Below, piece after piece: positions 39,874 to 50,783 of a DNA stretch of 64,000 bases (position 1 is the first letter of the stretch; every line of letters starts with the position of its first letter). The notes below the pieces were generated by a model. The model did not search any database. It was not told where the DNA came from and saw only the letters and a list, made by a program, of their open reading frames with translations. The translations under genes and the position numbers were made by a program. The DNA is from Candidatus Altimarinota bacterium (lineage in GTDB: Bacteria; Patescibacteriota; Gracilibacteria; UBA1369): contig OY782391.1 in the NCBI GenBank assembly GCA_963677745.1, positions 1,248,001 to 1,312,000 of the forward strand. Reading direction: 5' to 3'.

Positions 39874-40566
39874 TTGTCTGATTTAGAGTCCTTTTCATTT
39901 GAAGAGTCCAATCAGGGGTCAACCCCCGAAACTTTCAAGCTGTTCCAGGAAAGAATGAAAGCGGCTTCCTCTCAAATCCAGGCTATTCGGGCGGGGGAGC
40001 AGCGGCAGAAAAAAAAGGAAGATGAGCTGGCTAAAATTCTCAGCGAATTTATCAAATCGCTCCAGCATGATTCGGTCTATGCGGAATTTCTTGTCCATGT
40101 CAGTAAACTACTGGGCCTGAACGTTCCCGCAGCGTTTATCCTGGTGCTGATAATCATTAATTTTCCAAAACTACAGCAGCAAACCGGCCTCAAGCTGATT
40201 ACTTTTGAAGAAGCGGCCCGTGCCGGCGCACTGGAAACACAAACCCTGCCGGATCTTTATCTGGCCGAAAATGCGCTTCCGCCTTTCCTGAAAATTGCCA
40301 TCGACGCCTGGATCCAGGAGATTTCGCAGGTCGCCACGGACAATCGTTCCAAATTGCTGCAAAGAGCTCTTACCCTCAGTCAGGAATTTTTTCCGGAAAT
40401 CGACCAGATGATGGCCTACAACCTGACCTTTTATCTGGAGAAAAACGGCTTTCCCATCGCCGAAGAATTTGCCCAGACTTTTTCGCGGTTTTGCCTGAAA
40501 GGAATATTGGATCAAATAAAAAAGCCTTTACAGGAATTGCCAAAACCCGGCGACAAACTGGAATAA
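39874..40566 (+). CDS. hypothetical protein
   Basis: 230 aa; TTG start 2 nt after the rpmA stop; coiled-coil N-terminus. Confidence 0.7.
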   Translation: MSDLESFSFEESNQGSTPETFKLFQERMKAASSQIQAIRAGEQRQKKKEDELAKILSEFIKSLQHDSVYAEFLVHVSKLLGLNVPAAFILVLIIINFPKLQQQTGLKLITFEEAARAGALETQTLPDLYLAENALPPFLKIAIDAWIQEISQVATDNRSKLLQRALTLSQEFFPEIDQMMAYNLTFYLEKNGFPIAEEFAQTFSRFCLKGILDQIKKPLQELPKPGDKLE

Positions 40567-40576
40567 CAAAAACATT

Positions 40577-41035
40577 ATGAAGCTGTATTTACTTCAGCAC
40601 GGTGAATCGAATCCGGAAGACGTTGATCCGTCAAAAAACCTTTCCGAAAAGGGGAAAGCCGATTTGGAAAAGGTCTCTCTGTTTTTGCAAAAGAATTCGG
40701 TAAACATTCCCCAATTCTGGCACAGTGGCAAAGCCCGCGCAGAGCAGTCTGCCCGGATTATTGCCGCCGCCATGCAGCCCGTTCCACAAATTACGGAGCA
40801 GGTGGGTCTGCAACCAAACGATTCTCCACTCAACCTTGTCCCGCTGATTCTGGAGGAAGAAGATGATCTGATGATGGTCGGGCACATGCCAAATCTGAGT
40901 AAACTGGCTTCATTTTTGCTTTCAAACACTGAAGAAGCCGATTTTATCGGTTTTCAACAGGGCGGAGTCCTGTGCCTGGAACAAAGGGATCAGCAATGGC
41001 ATCTGAACTGGATGGTTATCCCTGAAATTATCTAA
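40577..41035 (+). CDS. sixA: phosphohistidine phosphatase SixA
   Basis: LYLLQHGE (RHG variant), HSGKARAEQSA, VGHMPNL. Confidence 0.9.
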   Translation: MKLYLLQHGESNPEDVDPSKNLSEKGKADLEKVSLFLQKNSVNIPQFWHSGKARAEQSARIIAAAMQPVPQITEQVGLQPNDSPLNLVPLILEEEDDLMMVGHMPNLSKLASFLLSNTEEADFIGFQQGGVLCLEQRDQQWHLNWMVIPEII

Positions 41036-41046
41036 AAGGATCTAAA

Positions 41047-41124
41047 TGGGGTGTCCAATGGGTTTCGAACCCACGACCTCCAGAGCCACAATCTGGCGCT
41101 CTAACCAACTGAGCTATGGACACC
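41047..41124 (-). tRNA. tRNA-His (GTG)
   Basis: G-1 GTGTCCA/TGGACAC acceptor, CCAGA-TTGTGGC-TCTGG anticodon arm, TTCGAA T-loop, CCA. Confidence 0.97.
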
Positions 41125-41485
41125 ATAATATCTGCCCGCTGATTTTAACATAGCCGTAATTCAAAGCAACCAAAATAATTTAGGAGACAGTATAAAAATA
41201 CGGCGGAAATATCTTCAATTTATTCAAGGAGTCCAAAAAACTATGACCGAGCAATATATGAATATTGTGAGAGAATAGTTTTTGCAGATGACAAAGAATA
41301 AGTTGAAGAGAATAATCAACAGGCCACTTGAACTTGCAAGTGGCCTTAGTTGATATTTAGGAGTAACAACGCCCTAGAATAGCCTCATTATCCTAAAAAA
41401 AACATCAATTAAACTCGCTTTCCCTTTGCAGTCCACACATTCCTAACAGATTATTTCACGAAAGCAAATGAATTATATCACTTGT

Positions 41486-42355
41486 TCATGAATATGCAAG
41501 AAATTTATTCAGATCAAACCCGAGAACAGTCACATCATAGTTTCTGCTCTCACTGAAAACCAAATTCGGTTGTTGATCGTTACTGTATTCCACACCGGAA
41601 AACACGGAATTTTTCATAAAATTATACTTTTTGGAAAGTGCCGAATTCTGTTCGGCCATCTGTCGGAAACTTTCCCCGTGCAAGAGGTAAAAATTATAGG
41701 TCTCTGCGAAATCTTCAAAAGGATCGGTCATGGCATAGCCTGAAACAAAATCCTGTTCCTTGGCCTGTCTTTTTAAAGTATTCTCATCCAGAAAGCTTAT
41801 TCTGTAAAAATCAAGGCTGAGGTCATTTTGGTAAATATCGGCCTGTCCATCCATAAATTCACTACTTTTTGCCCAAAAGCTTCCTTTAAGTACTCCTGTA
41901 TCCTCAATATGCCCCAGTTCATGAACCAGCACGCTTACCAGCTCCTCATCTGTAACATTCTGACAGCGTAAAATAATGGTTGATCCACCTCCCAGACCAC
42001 GCCTGCCGTTGGAATTGGAATAAAGAGTCAGATTTTTAATCTTCTTTACTGTATCTTGGGGCATCGTGCTGAGTGTCTTATAGACGAGTCCGGCACATTT
42101 TTTAAGAGTTTCCGGATTGTCATTGCTGTCTTTGGCATAATCTTTGCCCGGATGCAGTGTAATACCCAATTTCTTGATTTCCTGAAGATAATCAAGGTTC
42201 TGGTTGGTGGAAACGCTGGTTCTGGAGCTTTCCCTGGCCAGAGCTACCGGACGGCTTTCAAATCCTGTCAGTTGGCCTGTTTGACCTACGGTGAGATTAA
42301 GCCCGACTGCAGCCTGCAACCCTATAATAATGGCAAAAAGATAAGTTTTTAGCAT
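41486..42355 (-). CDS. secreted zincin metallopeptidase
   Basis: Signal-like N-terminus; VHELGH plus SGYAMTDPFEDFAET; TTGACA-16-TATAAT promoter at 42432-42459. Confidence 0.85.
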   Translation of the reverse strand: MLKTYLFAIIIGLQAAVGLNLTVGQTGQLTGFESRPVALARESSRTSVSTNQNLDYLQEIKKLGITLHPGKDYAKDSNDNPETLKKCAGLVYKTLSTMPQDTVKKIKNLTLYSNSNGRRGLGGGSTIILRCQNVTDEELVSVLVHELGHIEDTGVLKGSFWAKSSEFMDGQADIYQNDLSLDFYRISFLDENTLKRQAKEQDFVSGYAMTDPFEDFAETYNFYLLHGESFRQMAEQNSALSKKYNFMKNSVFSGVEYSNDQQPNLVFSESRNYDVTVLGFDLNKFLAYS

Positions 42356-42497
42356 ATTAACGCTGTTAACTGATCGTTTTTGTCTTTGTTTTTAGAAGCT
42401 GCCGGTTTTGGCAGAATTCCGATAAGGGCTAATTATATACTAAAAAGGGCTAGTGTCAAGACACCGCGTTCATTTATCGATCCGGAACTGGCTCAAA

Positions 42498-44084
42498 TTA
42501 GCTGGCTTTGTATCTTACCAGGTATTTCAGTGTAGTTGTATTGGCTACAAAAATCGTCCCGTGCGGCTGGCATTTGCCGGAAACCGTGCTTTTATCTGCT
42601 TTGAATTGTTCCACTAGAAAATTCTCCGCCGTATCGATAGCAGATTGCACAGTCTGATCCAGTACTTTTTCGTCGTTGTTGACATTGTTGAGAGGCTTGT
42701 CGACTATCATATAAACGTATCCGTCAGCCGCACGCCGGTATTTTAAACCGTATTTTGCGTCTACCTTGCCGCTCAGATTGGTATCAGTATAATTCTTGGA
42801 GGCAGTGGGGTCGTTGCGTAGCAACCGGTCTTTAATGACCGTATTAACTTCTTTTTCTTCATTGACAATTTCACCGAATTTCTTGGAAAAGTCCTGCAAT
42901 TCGTCTTTGGTAGGTTCTTTGCCAAACCAGGATTGATACTTTTTGGCCATCCAGACGCCTGCAGCTGAAGAAGCCAGGTAATTGTATCCTCTTTTGAACC
43001 AGTCGCTGACAGTATCGGTGACCCTTGAGGTAAGGCCCTCCTGCATTTTTACTTCCGGATCGTTGGACATTTCTATTATGGCTGCCTGGCTGAAACTGAT
43101 GGGAGGATTGTATTTTGCGTATTTCTCTCTCAAATTCTTGGCACCGTACTTCTTTACAAACAAATCCATAGCTGCATAAGCTTCATTGGGAGGCATTTTG
43201 GTTTCCGTGATAGTGCCTTTGCCGGTTTCATACTGGTCAAGCAGTCCCATGAAAGGCACTTCCCCCAGATGGACCAGAGCTTTACTCATCAGTTCGGCGC
43301 CTTTATCATCGGTTCGGAAAGCCAGTTTCAGAAAATCACCGCTTTTTTTGCCTTTAATTTTGTCGGAAGCATAATCCACAAAGGATTCACCGGAAAACAG
43401 ATACCATACTTTGTTGAACAGCCAGGCCCCGCCGGCAATTTTCAGTCCGGTCATCAGGGTACCGCGTATGCCCTTAATCGTATCGTTTTGTGATTTCATA
43501 AACCAGATGCCGCCCAGAAAGGCCACACCGGCCATTAACATTTTTTGTCCGGACGACAGTTTATCCCAGTTTTCCATGGCCCCGCCCAGTTTTTCCTTAA
43601 TTGTGTCTCCGATGCCCTTGGTTTGTGTTAACAGATCCTTTCTGCCTTCAACTGAAGCTTTCACTACATTTTGCAGTCTGAGGGTATGCTCCTTCACCAG
43701 ATCGTAATAATCCTTGGCTTCCATGATTTTTTTGGCTTCAGCCTGTTTCATGTTTGCGGGCGGAGTCTTCAGATTCTCCAGCTGTGACAGCATCACTTCT
43801 TTCGATTCATCCATAATGCCGATTCTGCCGTAACTGTCCAGAATCTTCTTGGCATCCTTGAACTTGCCGCAGAGCATCGCTTCGGTCTTGGTTTTGCCTT
43901 CTGCTGTTAATTGGATGGCCTGTTCAAAACCAAAAGTGGGAGCGGCTCCCGGTCTTTGCAAAAAATCCAGAATTCGCTTGTCATTCAGGGTTTGTGTCTC
44001 CGGAGTCAGGTTTTTGTCCTTGGCATCCTTGGCGCGCAGGGCGTCGATACTGGTCGGGGATACTTCTGGACCTCCATTAGGCAT
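42498..44084 (-). CDS. Lys-rich hypothetical protein with central TM hairpin
   Basis: 528 aa; two adjacent Gly-rich hydrophobic helices. Confidence 0.75.
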   Translation of the reverse strand: MPNGGPEVSPTSIDALRAKDAKDKNLTPETQTLNDKRILDFLQRPGAAPTFGFEQAIQLTAEGKTKTEAMLCGKFKDAKKILDSYGRIGIMDESKEVMLSQLENLKTPPANMKQAEAKKIMEAKDYYDLVKEHTLRLQNVVKASVEGRKDLLTQTKGIGDTIKEKLGGAMENWDKLSSGQKMLMAGVAFLGGIWFMKSQNDTIKGIRGTLMTGLKIAGGAWLFNKVWYLFSGESFVDYASDKIKGKKSGDFLKLAFRTDDKGAELMSKALVHLGEVPFMGLLDQYETGKGTITETKMPPNEAYAAMDLFVKKYGAKNLREKYAKYNPPISFSQAAIIEMSNDPEVKMQEGLTSRVTDTVSDWFKRGYNYLASSAAGVWMAKKYQSWFGKEPTKDELQDFSKKFGEIVNEEKEVNTVIKDRLLRNDPTASKNYTDTNLSGKVDAKYGLKYRRAADGYVYMIVDKPLNNVNNDEKVLDQTVQSAIDTAENFLVEQFKADKSTVSGKCQPHGTIFVANTTTLKYLVRYKAS

Positions 44085-44168
44085 CGAATTTCGTTAAATA
44101 TATCTTGATATTTTAGCATAAAAAGGCCTAATTCAGCAAGAATGCACAGTTAGACTAGAATACTAAAA

Positions 44169-44201
44169 GTGCGGGCTGGCAAGTTGATTGCCAGCCCGCA
44201 C
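44169..44201. terminator. terminator-like hairpin
   Basis: GTGCGGGCTGGCAA-GTTGA-TTGCCAGCCCGCAC; T-run on the minus strand. Confidence 0.85.
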
Positions 44202-44222
44202 CTGATTCGTTTAAAACCTTTC

Positions 44223-46406
44223 TTAACGCATGGCCACGTAGTTGCTGTTATATTGCAGATTCCAGTTGTAGAATCTTAATGCTGTTACGTAATATTCTGC
44301 ATTGGCCTTATCTGCCCTGGCCTGTTCCAGTGAAACGCTCTGGTGATCGCGGATTCTTGCCTGAATTCCGGCCAGTCTGGATTGTATTTCCGATAAACTG
44401 ACATGATAGGGGACTATTTCGCCGCCCGTTCCAACATGATTGACGGTAAAGTTTGCCTGTGTGGAGCCGGCCAGTTTTTGGGTTGTAGCAAGCAGATCGA
44501 TAGCCTGTCCCAATGGAATAATGGTGATCGCTTCGTTGAGAGTTTTTACTGTAGCCTCATCGGCCGTAATAATCCGGTCTATTTCCGCCAGACTGGCGTT
44601 TACTCTGTTCAGATCGGCGGCCACGTTTAGATTGCCCATCCGTGTTTTAATACTATCTAAAATCTGGGGGACTCTGACATTCTGCATACTGATGGAGTTA
44701 CTGCCATTTGCATATCTGTCTATCAGCAGTTTGTCCCTGTTAATTTCCGTCAGTCTTTTGCTGAATCCATCAATTTTAGCTTTCAGCAGCCGGGCCTCCG
44801 CCAATCTTTCGGCTTCCGTAACCTGTTTCTGTGCAGGGTCGGTACTTTCCGAAGGGATATGGCGCTGTCCATTTTCCAGATTGGGATTTGCCGGTCCGGG
44901 ATTGATATCGGTAGTTCTGGGATAGGACTTTATTCCGGCCAATGAAACGCTTTTGGCATTTCTTTGATGAATACTAATATCCGACTTTGCTACCTGTGTC
45001 TCCTTCTGGAGCTTGGTCGCGTTGCTCTGAACAGCTTGTAATTGTTGTTTTACTGCTTCTTTTCTCACCTGCTGAACCGAGGGAGCTGAATCAGCAGCTG
45101 AAGCAGCCACGGTTTGAATTGCCTGTGTCCGGTCCATTGTTGAATTTTGATGGCTGCCTGCAAACGAGGAAGCGGTAAGTCCTGCCGCCGCCGCCAAGGC
45201 AAATTTCCAGCGGGAAGGTTTCCGAACCGGTGTGGTTGGAGCCTCCTGTGGCTCAATTATAGTATTCTGAACAACCGGTTGATGGTTATCGTTCATCACC
45301 GGAGAGGTAATGACAACAGGCTTGGATTGCAGTTGAGTGACTGCTGAAACGTTTGCAGCCGGTTTTTCTGCTGGATTAAAAAAGCTTTTTACTTTATCAA
45401 GCAGTCTGTATCTCCAGGAAGTTTTCTTTAAATCCGTCTCCATTTGTTCTGCCAACTCCAGGGCACAACGGTCATTTTGAATTGCAGCAACCGCTTTCTC
45501 ATATTGTACTTTGCGTTCTGCCAGTTTTTTCTCAATTTTGGCTTTAACCGCTGGATAGTGCGGAGACTTTTCTTCAAACTTGCATTCCACTACAAAGTTA
45601 TGGACAGCTTTACTGTCATTTGAGTCCAACCGGGAAATGCAATGTGATCCATTCTGATATATATACTCGCCGATAGCGTCATAGCCACTGTTTATTCTCA
45701 GCACATCTTCGTCATAAGCCCTTTTAGCTTGGACAAGCTCTCTGGCTTGTGATTCTTTTTGACCGGCAATCATTTCCATTTTTGGAACAATCTGCATACC
45801 GGTAGGGAGTACCGCGTCAACCAGTTTTGGTATCGCTGTTACTACAGACTTGGCTGCGCCCAATAAGGACTTGCCAATCCTGCTCCATTTGGAACCTCTG
45901 GTCTTGAATTCGGCATAATCAAGTTTTTTTTCAATAAGCCGTTCTTCCTGAAGCGCCAGTTGATTGAGATAATCATGCACTCTCAATCCCTGATCGTTTT
46001 GCAGGGCTTCCTCCGGAGTGGCTGATTTTGACTGGAAGGCAATCCAGTCCGGATCTTCCTCCAGCTGCGGCAGTTGTTCGGAATCATCCACAAAAGCCCT
46101 TCCGCTATTGATTAAGGCTTTGGCCGCCTGCGACAGCATTCTTGCTTCAGCAGAGACCGGTTCGATGTCGTATAATCCATGCTCGTCCGGGATAAACCTG
46201 TTACCCGGTTTTATCCTGTTGACGGACGATGCGTTGTTTGGGGATTGAGCCCCAGACAAAGCTGTTTTTTCAGAAACGTCCTGGGCAGAATCAAAATCCA
46301 CTTTTGAACCTATCCCGACATTGGGAGGAAAAGGTGCGTCAGAGCTGAGAATAGCTCTGTCCGTACCCGGATCTGTCACAACCGCCAGTTTTATTACATT
46401 ATTCAT
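44223..46406 (-). CDS. coiled-coil hypothetical protein with an internal signal-like segment
   Basis: 727 aa; internal RWKFALAAAAGLTASSFA; own TTGACA promoter near 46495-46508. Confidence 0.75.
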   Translation of the reverse strand: MNNVIKLAVVTDPGTDRAILSSDAPFPPNVGIGSKVDFDSAQDVSEKTALSGAQSPNNASSVNRIKPGNRFIPDEHGLYDIEPVSAEARMLSQAAKALINSGRAFVDDSEQLPQLEEDPDWIAFQSKSATPEEALQNDQGLRVHDYLNQLALQEERLIEKKLDYAEFKTRGSKWSRIGKSLLGAAKSVVTAIPKLVDAVLPTGMQIVPKMEMIAGQKESQARELVQAKRAYDEDVLRINSGYDAIGEYIYQNGSHCISRLDSNDSKAVHNFVVECKFEEKSPHYPAVKAKIEKKLAERKVQYEKAVAAIQNDRCALELAEQMETDLKKTSWRYRLLDKVKSFFNPAEKPAANVSAVTQLQSKPVVITSPVMNDNHQPVVQNTIIEPQEAPTTPVRKPSRWKFALAAAAGLTASSFAGSHQNSTMDRTQAIQTVAASAADSAPSVQQVRKEAVKQQLQAVQSNATKLQKETQVAKSDISIHQRNAKSVSLAGIKSYPRTTDINPGPANPNLENGQRHIPSESTDPAQKQVTEAERLAEARLLKAKIDGFSKRLTEINRDKLLIDRYANGSNSISMQNVRVPQILDSIKTRMGNLNVAADLNRVNASLAEIDRIITADEATVKTLNEAITIIPLGQAIDLLATTQKLAGSTQANFTVNHVGTGGEIVPYHVSLSEIQSRLAGIQARIRDHQSVSLEQARADKANAEYYVTALRFYNWNLQYNSNYVAMR

Positions 46407-46530
46407 AATTCTTCAAAAATAATTAGTTTAATTTAACTCTTTTCTTTCTCTCAACCATATATAACCAAGTTGAGGCGCAATTATTACACGCGCTTGTCAA
46501 CTTGTCAAGAGTGAAAAAAGATGTTCTAAT

Positions 46531-49500
46531 CTAATTAGAGTTTTTCAGTTTTGTCTTTATCCAGTTTAAAATAGGGCCTTTAACTTGGCTTATCTCTGCG
46601 ACCAGTTCTTCCATGCCCCGGTTGTTGATAAATTCCTGGATTTCCTGCAGCAGATAGGGATTGTTAAGAATATCCATAAAACCCTGCAGGGCGGCATCCT
46701 CAACCGGTTTGTCAGCTGAGAAATTTAAAATTAAGGCTTTGTGTGACTGTAATTTCTTCTTGAAGTCCTGCCCAAGGTGTTTTTTTGTGAAAAAGAAACC
46801 TAAAACGTCATCATATTGGTTTATCAGGCTGAAATAACCGGTTAGCACAGCTTCTTTGCCGGCAAATCTGGCCTCCAGATAGGCAATCAGAGCATCAGTA
46901 TGACCCTCGCTCAAAGCAAACTTATTCAACATTACGTCACGGGTGGACCTGGTAATTTCTTCCAGGCTCTGTTCCGGTTGTGGCGGTTGTTTGTCTAAAA
47001 CTGGGACATTTCCGGAGATAGCGGCTGAGACCCGGTGTGTAAACAGTTCCCGGTACTCCGATATTTTTTCGGCTTCTTCCTTGCCAAAGTGCAGATTCCG
47101 CTGCGCATCCAGGTAAGCTACCGATCTGACTTCCGGGTCCTTAATATTAGGATGGCCGGCCCCGAAATCAACATTGGCAAAAGTAATTCCCGACGCCGAG
47201 TAAATGCGTTGGGCGGTTTTGTAGGTGTGTCCGTGTACTATCAATGTTATGCCCATGGCATTCAATTCAGCCAATTTTTGACGTATTCTCGGACCATTTT
47301 CGGGATTATTCAGTTTTTGGGCGAAATCTCTGATCAGATCGGGGTTTAAAAACTTTTTACTAAGTTCGGTAAATCTGGGATAGCCGGTTTTCACTTTATC
47401 TTCTAATAATAATTCCTTCAAAGTGCCGGAGAATTCATCATTAATGGTTGCAACGCTGTTAGCAACATTGTCGTCTTTCAATAATTCATCCAGAATTTCC
47501 TCGGTTAATTCGCCATGGAGAACCAGGGTGTTTCCGTCCAGATGCAGCAATTGCATTCTGGAAAATTCTTCAAGGATCCGGAGTCCAACAGGATCGGACT
47601 TCATGTTCGACAGTGCTTCCGGACCTGCTCCGGCAATCTCGTCGATTACGTCAGATGAAAGAGTTCCAAAGGCGATGGCATCCGCCAATAAATCAGCACT
47701 CAAATCTGTCTGTTTGCCAAATTTAGTATATTGTTTGATAAATTCCACCACGCCTCTTCCCTGCTGACCTTTCCATAGGAACATCCAGTTAAAACCTGCG
47801 TTTAGCCTGTCACTGGCGGATCCAAAGGCGGGCCTCTGGGTTAGATAGGACAGAGCGAAGTCTTCATGATTTCCAAAAATTGTAGTTAAACTTCCAAAAC
47901 TTTTTTCAGCCTGTTTTCTCAAATCTGCCAGTCTGGACATGATTTGCAGCCCCTCAGTAACACGGTCTGCCATAATGTCGCCAAGCAATATTAGTTTGCG
48001 GTTCCCGGCAATCCAGGTCCACTGATCATCGGGGCCGATGCTAATAACTTTCAATGACACCAAATTGTTTCTTAAAGCCTCCAGACTGCCGTTTAAATCT
48101 CCAATAAAAAGTATTTCCGGTTCTCCCAGGACTTCTTTGGTCTCTTTTTTTGAAGGGGTGAGCGGCGGGACAGTCGGGGGAGGCGGGGGGGATGCGGGAG
48201 GAGCAGCTGCAATTGCTGTCCGGGGGACTGATTGAAGCTGGGGAGTCGATGTTAATACGGGAGGGGTGGGGGGAGTTGGTGGCGGAGGAGGTGGAGCGCC
48301 GGCAGGTGCAGCAGGAGCTGCTGGAGCCGCTGCTACAGCAGGGGCGGAAGGTGTCGGTCTGACTGCAGGAGCAGCAGGAGGTGGTGGGGGAGTAGGGGAT
48401 CCTGCAGCGGCGGGAGGTGGTGTAAGGGGCGCAGCTGGAGCGGGAGAAACCGTGGCTGCCGGCGCAGGTGCAGACGCAGGAGCAGGTGCTGGTACGGTAA
48501 CGGGACCGGGAGTTTGTAGATTTACCACCAATGGTGGAAGATTCAAACTGGGATTTTCCCAATTGGGAATAAAATGAGTGGGAGCAGCAGCAGGAGCTGG
48601 AGTTGAAGGCGTTAGAGCTGGTGCTACGGGTGCAGGAGCAGGCGAGGGCGTTCCAGCCATAAATGTTCCGAACGGTAACTGGTTTCTAGGAGTGGCCGGT
48701 CGATTGGAGGCTGGGGTTATGGCTGGCTGTGTCACTCCCGTGGGAACATTCTGGGGAGCGGTTGTGCCGGCAGCCGGGGCCGGTGGCTGTCCTTGGTTGG
48801 GACCAACTGCAGGATTCTGAATGGCAGGTGCAGGCGCCGGATGTCTGGAACGGCTCAAAACGGCCATTTCACGCTGAACTGCCGCCAAATTATTGGACGC
48901 CATCTGTAGAGCAGGATCGTTTTCCGGAAGAGTGACCAGTATGCCCAGTTCTCTATCCAGAATCTCCACCAGTCCCCGGATACCGTAATTGGCCTCGAAT
49001 TCGGCAACTCTCCTTTTCAAATCCTGGAATCTTTCATAATCACTGGTGGTTTGTCTGACATAGGCAGCCCTGCTTTCGGCTGCCACCTGAGGCAGATTTA
49101 CCTGCCACTGTCTGATCATCGTTACCTCATCGCCAAATTCGTGCCAGAATAACATTTCCTTTTCTGCGGGCGATCTGCGGGCCAGGTTAGCCTGTCGTTG
49201 ATAAATTTCAGCCATCGCCCGTTCCTGGGCGGCTTTTTGAGCCTGTTGTTGCTGCAACATCTGGTCGAATACAGAGATTTTGCCGGTGGAATGTGCTCCA
49301 TACCTTGCCATCAAATTTTGCAGATAGGCCAGTCGAGAATTTAGTCTGGTGTATCTCTTATATAATTCTGAAAGTTGTATATTGTTTGGATTGAACGCAG
49401 TCTGTGCATTCTGATTGTCTTCGATGGGTTCAATGTTTAAATCTATGCCCAGTACATCAACCTTAATTCTTTTTTCCAGCTCCATAATGTTCTGCTCCAG

Positions 49501-50391
49501 TATTGCCTGTTCCTGATGCAGTGACTGATATATGTTGAAATCGGGAGCCTGATGAATTATCTCTGCGTACAACAAACGGAAATTCCCCCAGAACCGCTGG
49601 CTGAGTGAAGCGTTCTGAAGACTCTGTTCCAAAAGCATGGCCTCATAGGCCTTTGCCATGCGTGTCAGCCAGTTATATTGATTGGCCATTCTGGACACAA
49701 TTTCATTCAGCTTTCCGTTGATTTCCGCTGAAAGATTTTTTTCCGCACCGATGGCCGACAACACCATTTCTATATTCTGCCTGGTCTGTTCCATTTCGGC
49801 TTCCAGTTGCATGCGCCGTGGGACATCGGCCCTGACCGCCGCCATTTCAGAGTTCAATTTCCTGGCCATATCATTACTTAGTCCCGGATTGCCGGTTTCA
49901 GCTTTGGTGGAGACATTATATTGGGAAGGAGATCTGAGATCGATCACGCGTCCTGCTTTATGGCCAAATCCTTGCGCGGCATCTATCACTTGTCCGCTGG
50001 CCAGATCACTGGCAACTGAAGGATTTACAGTTGGTTTTGGAAATCTTCTTCTGACCTGAAAATCTGCCAGATCTTTTCTGTCTTCCGCCAATTTGCCTTC
50101 TCTTTTCAGATCCGAGAAATATTTGATTCTTCTCCAGACCGAGTCGGTTAACGCTTTGAAAGTGGCTTCAGTTATTCCTGGGAAATCAGCGGCAATTTCC
50201 GACTGTAAGTTTTTATGCAACTGTTCATATCCTTCCTTGGTGACTCTTTTATTTTCAATGGCATCAAAAAACATCTCCAATGCTTTGTTGTGCGCATAGT
50301 CCTGCTGGGCTTCGTTCAGATTAAATTTTTCCTCATCCAGCCGGTCCAGACTGTCGTATGATTGCATGCCTGATGTTCCTGATAAAGCCAT
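46531..50391 (-). CDS. coiled-coil + Pro-rich + calcineurin-like (PPP/Shewanella-like) metallophosphoesterase protein
   Basis: 1286 aa; IGDLNG, LLGDIMADR, FGNHE, VLHG and VHGHT motifs; ~230-aa Pro/Ala tract. Confidence 0.85.
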   Translation of the reverse strand: MALSGTSGMQSYDSLDRLDEEKFNLNEAQQDYAHNKALEMFFDAIENKRVTKEGYEQLHKNLQSEIAADFPGITEATFKALTDSVWRRIKYFSDLKREGKLAEDRKDLADFQVRRRFPKPTVNPSVASDLASGQVIDAAQGFGHKAGRVIDLRSPSQYNVSTKAETGNPGLSNDMARKLNSEMAAVRADVPRRMQLEAEMEQTRQNIEMVLSAIGAEKNLSAEINGKLNEIVSRMANQYNWLTRMAKAYEAMLLEQSLQNASLSQRFWGNFRLLYAEIIHQAPDFNIYQSLHQEQAILEQNIMELEKRIKVDVLGIDLNIEPIEDNQNAQTAFNPNNIQLSELYKRYTRLNSRLAYLQNLMARYGAHSTGKISVFDQMLQQQQAQKAAQERAMAEIYQRQANLARRSPAEKEMLFWHEFGDEVTMIRQWQVNLPQVAAESRAAYVRQTTSDYERFQDLKRRVAEFEANYGIRGLVEILDRELGILVTLPENDPALQMASNNLAAVQREMAVLSRSRHPAPAPAIQNPAVGPNQGQPPAPAAGTTAPQNVPTGVTQPAITPASNRPATPRNQLPFGTFMAGTPSPAPAPVAPALTPSTPAPAAAPTHFIPNWENPSLNLPPLVVNLQTPGPVTVPAPAPASAPAPAATVSPAPAAPLTPPPAAAGSPTPPPPPAAPAVRPTPSAPAVAAAPAAPAAPAGAPPPPPPTPPTPPVLTSTPQLQSVPRTAIAAAPPASPPPPPTVPPLTPSKKETKEVLGEPEILFIGDLNGSLEALRNNLVSLKVISIGPDDQWTWIAGNRKLILLGDIMADRVTEGLQIMSRLADLRKQAEKSFGSLTTIFGNHEDFALSYLTQRPAFGSASDRLNAGFNWMFLWKGQQGRGVVEFIKQYTKFGKQTDLSADLLADAIAFGTLSSDVIDEIAGAGPEALSNMKSDPVGLRILEEFSRMQLLHLDGNTLVLHGELTEEILDELLKDDNVANSVATINDEFSGTLKELLLEDKVKTGYPRFTELSKKFLNPDLIRDFAQKLNNPENGPRIRQKLAELNAMGITLIVHGHTYKTAQRIYSASGITFANVDFGAGHPNIKDPEVRSVAYLDAQRNLHFGKEEAEKISEYRELFTHRVSAAISGNVPVLDKQPPQPEQSLEEITRSTRDVMLNKFALSEGHTDALIAYLEARFAGKEAVLTGYFSLINQYDDVLGFFFTKKHLGQDFKKKLQSHKALILNFSADKPVEDAALQGFMDILNNPYLLQEIQEFINNRGMEELVAEISQVKGPILNWIKTKLKNSN

Positions 50392-50407
50392 AGGATAGAT
50401 AAATAGA

Positions 50408-50773
50408 TTATTTCTTTAGTTTCTGGTCCAGAAGCCTCACCGTTTCCACAATTTCATCAAACAGATCGTTTACGGCTTTTAAAATTCTGTCGTCCAAACC
50501 CGGTATATAAGATGTGATTATACTTAAACAGTCAATCTCGTCAAGTTCAGGGTGGTCTTCCAATGTTTTCTGCAAAAGGAAAAGTTCTTTCGGACCCAGT
50601 GAAGAAACAACGACTGCCGTTACCCTGTCGCTGAGGGTCTGGGCTATTTCCAGGCTTAGTTCTTCTTTAATTTCGGGGCTGGCCTGATCCATTTTTACTT
50701 CTTTTAATATCATCGCGATGAAATTCTCGGCGTTGAAGTAAATCCCTTTCTTTTTTGTTTGGTTGTTTTTCAT
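50408..50773 (-). CDS. DUF5663-like protein (CPR-typical)
   Basis: 121-aa acidic helical protein with L.dRV.....L....l......IPglD..I pattern. Confidence 0.7.
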   Translation of the reverse strand: MKNNQTKKKGIYFNAENFIAMILKEVKMDQASPEIKEELSLEIAQTLSDRVTAVVVSSLGPKELFLLQKTLEDHPELDEIDCLSIITSYIPGLDDRILKAVNDLFDEIVETVRLLDQKLKK

Positions 50774-50783
50774 AGTTTAGTTA

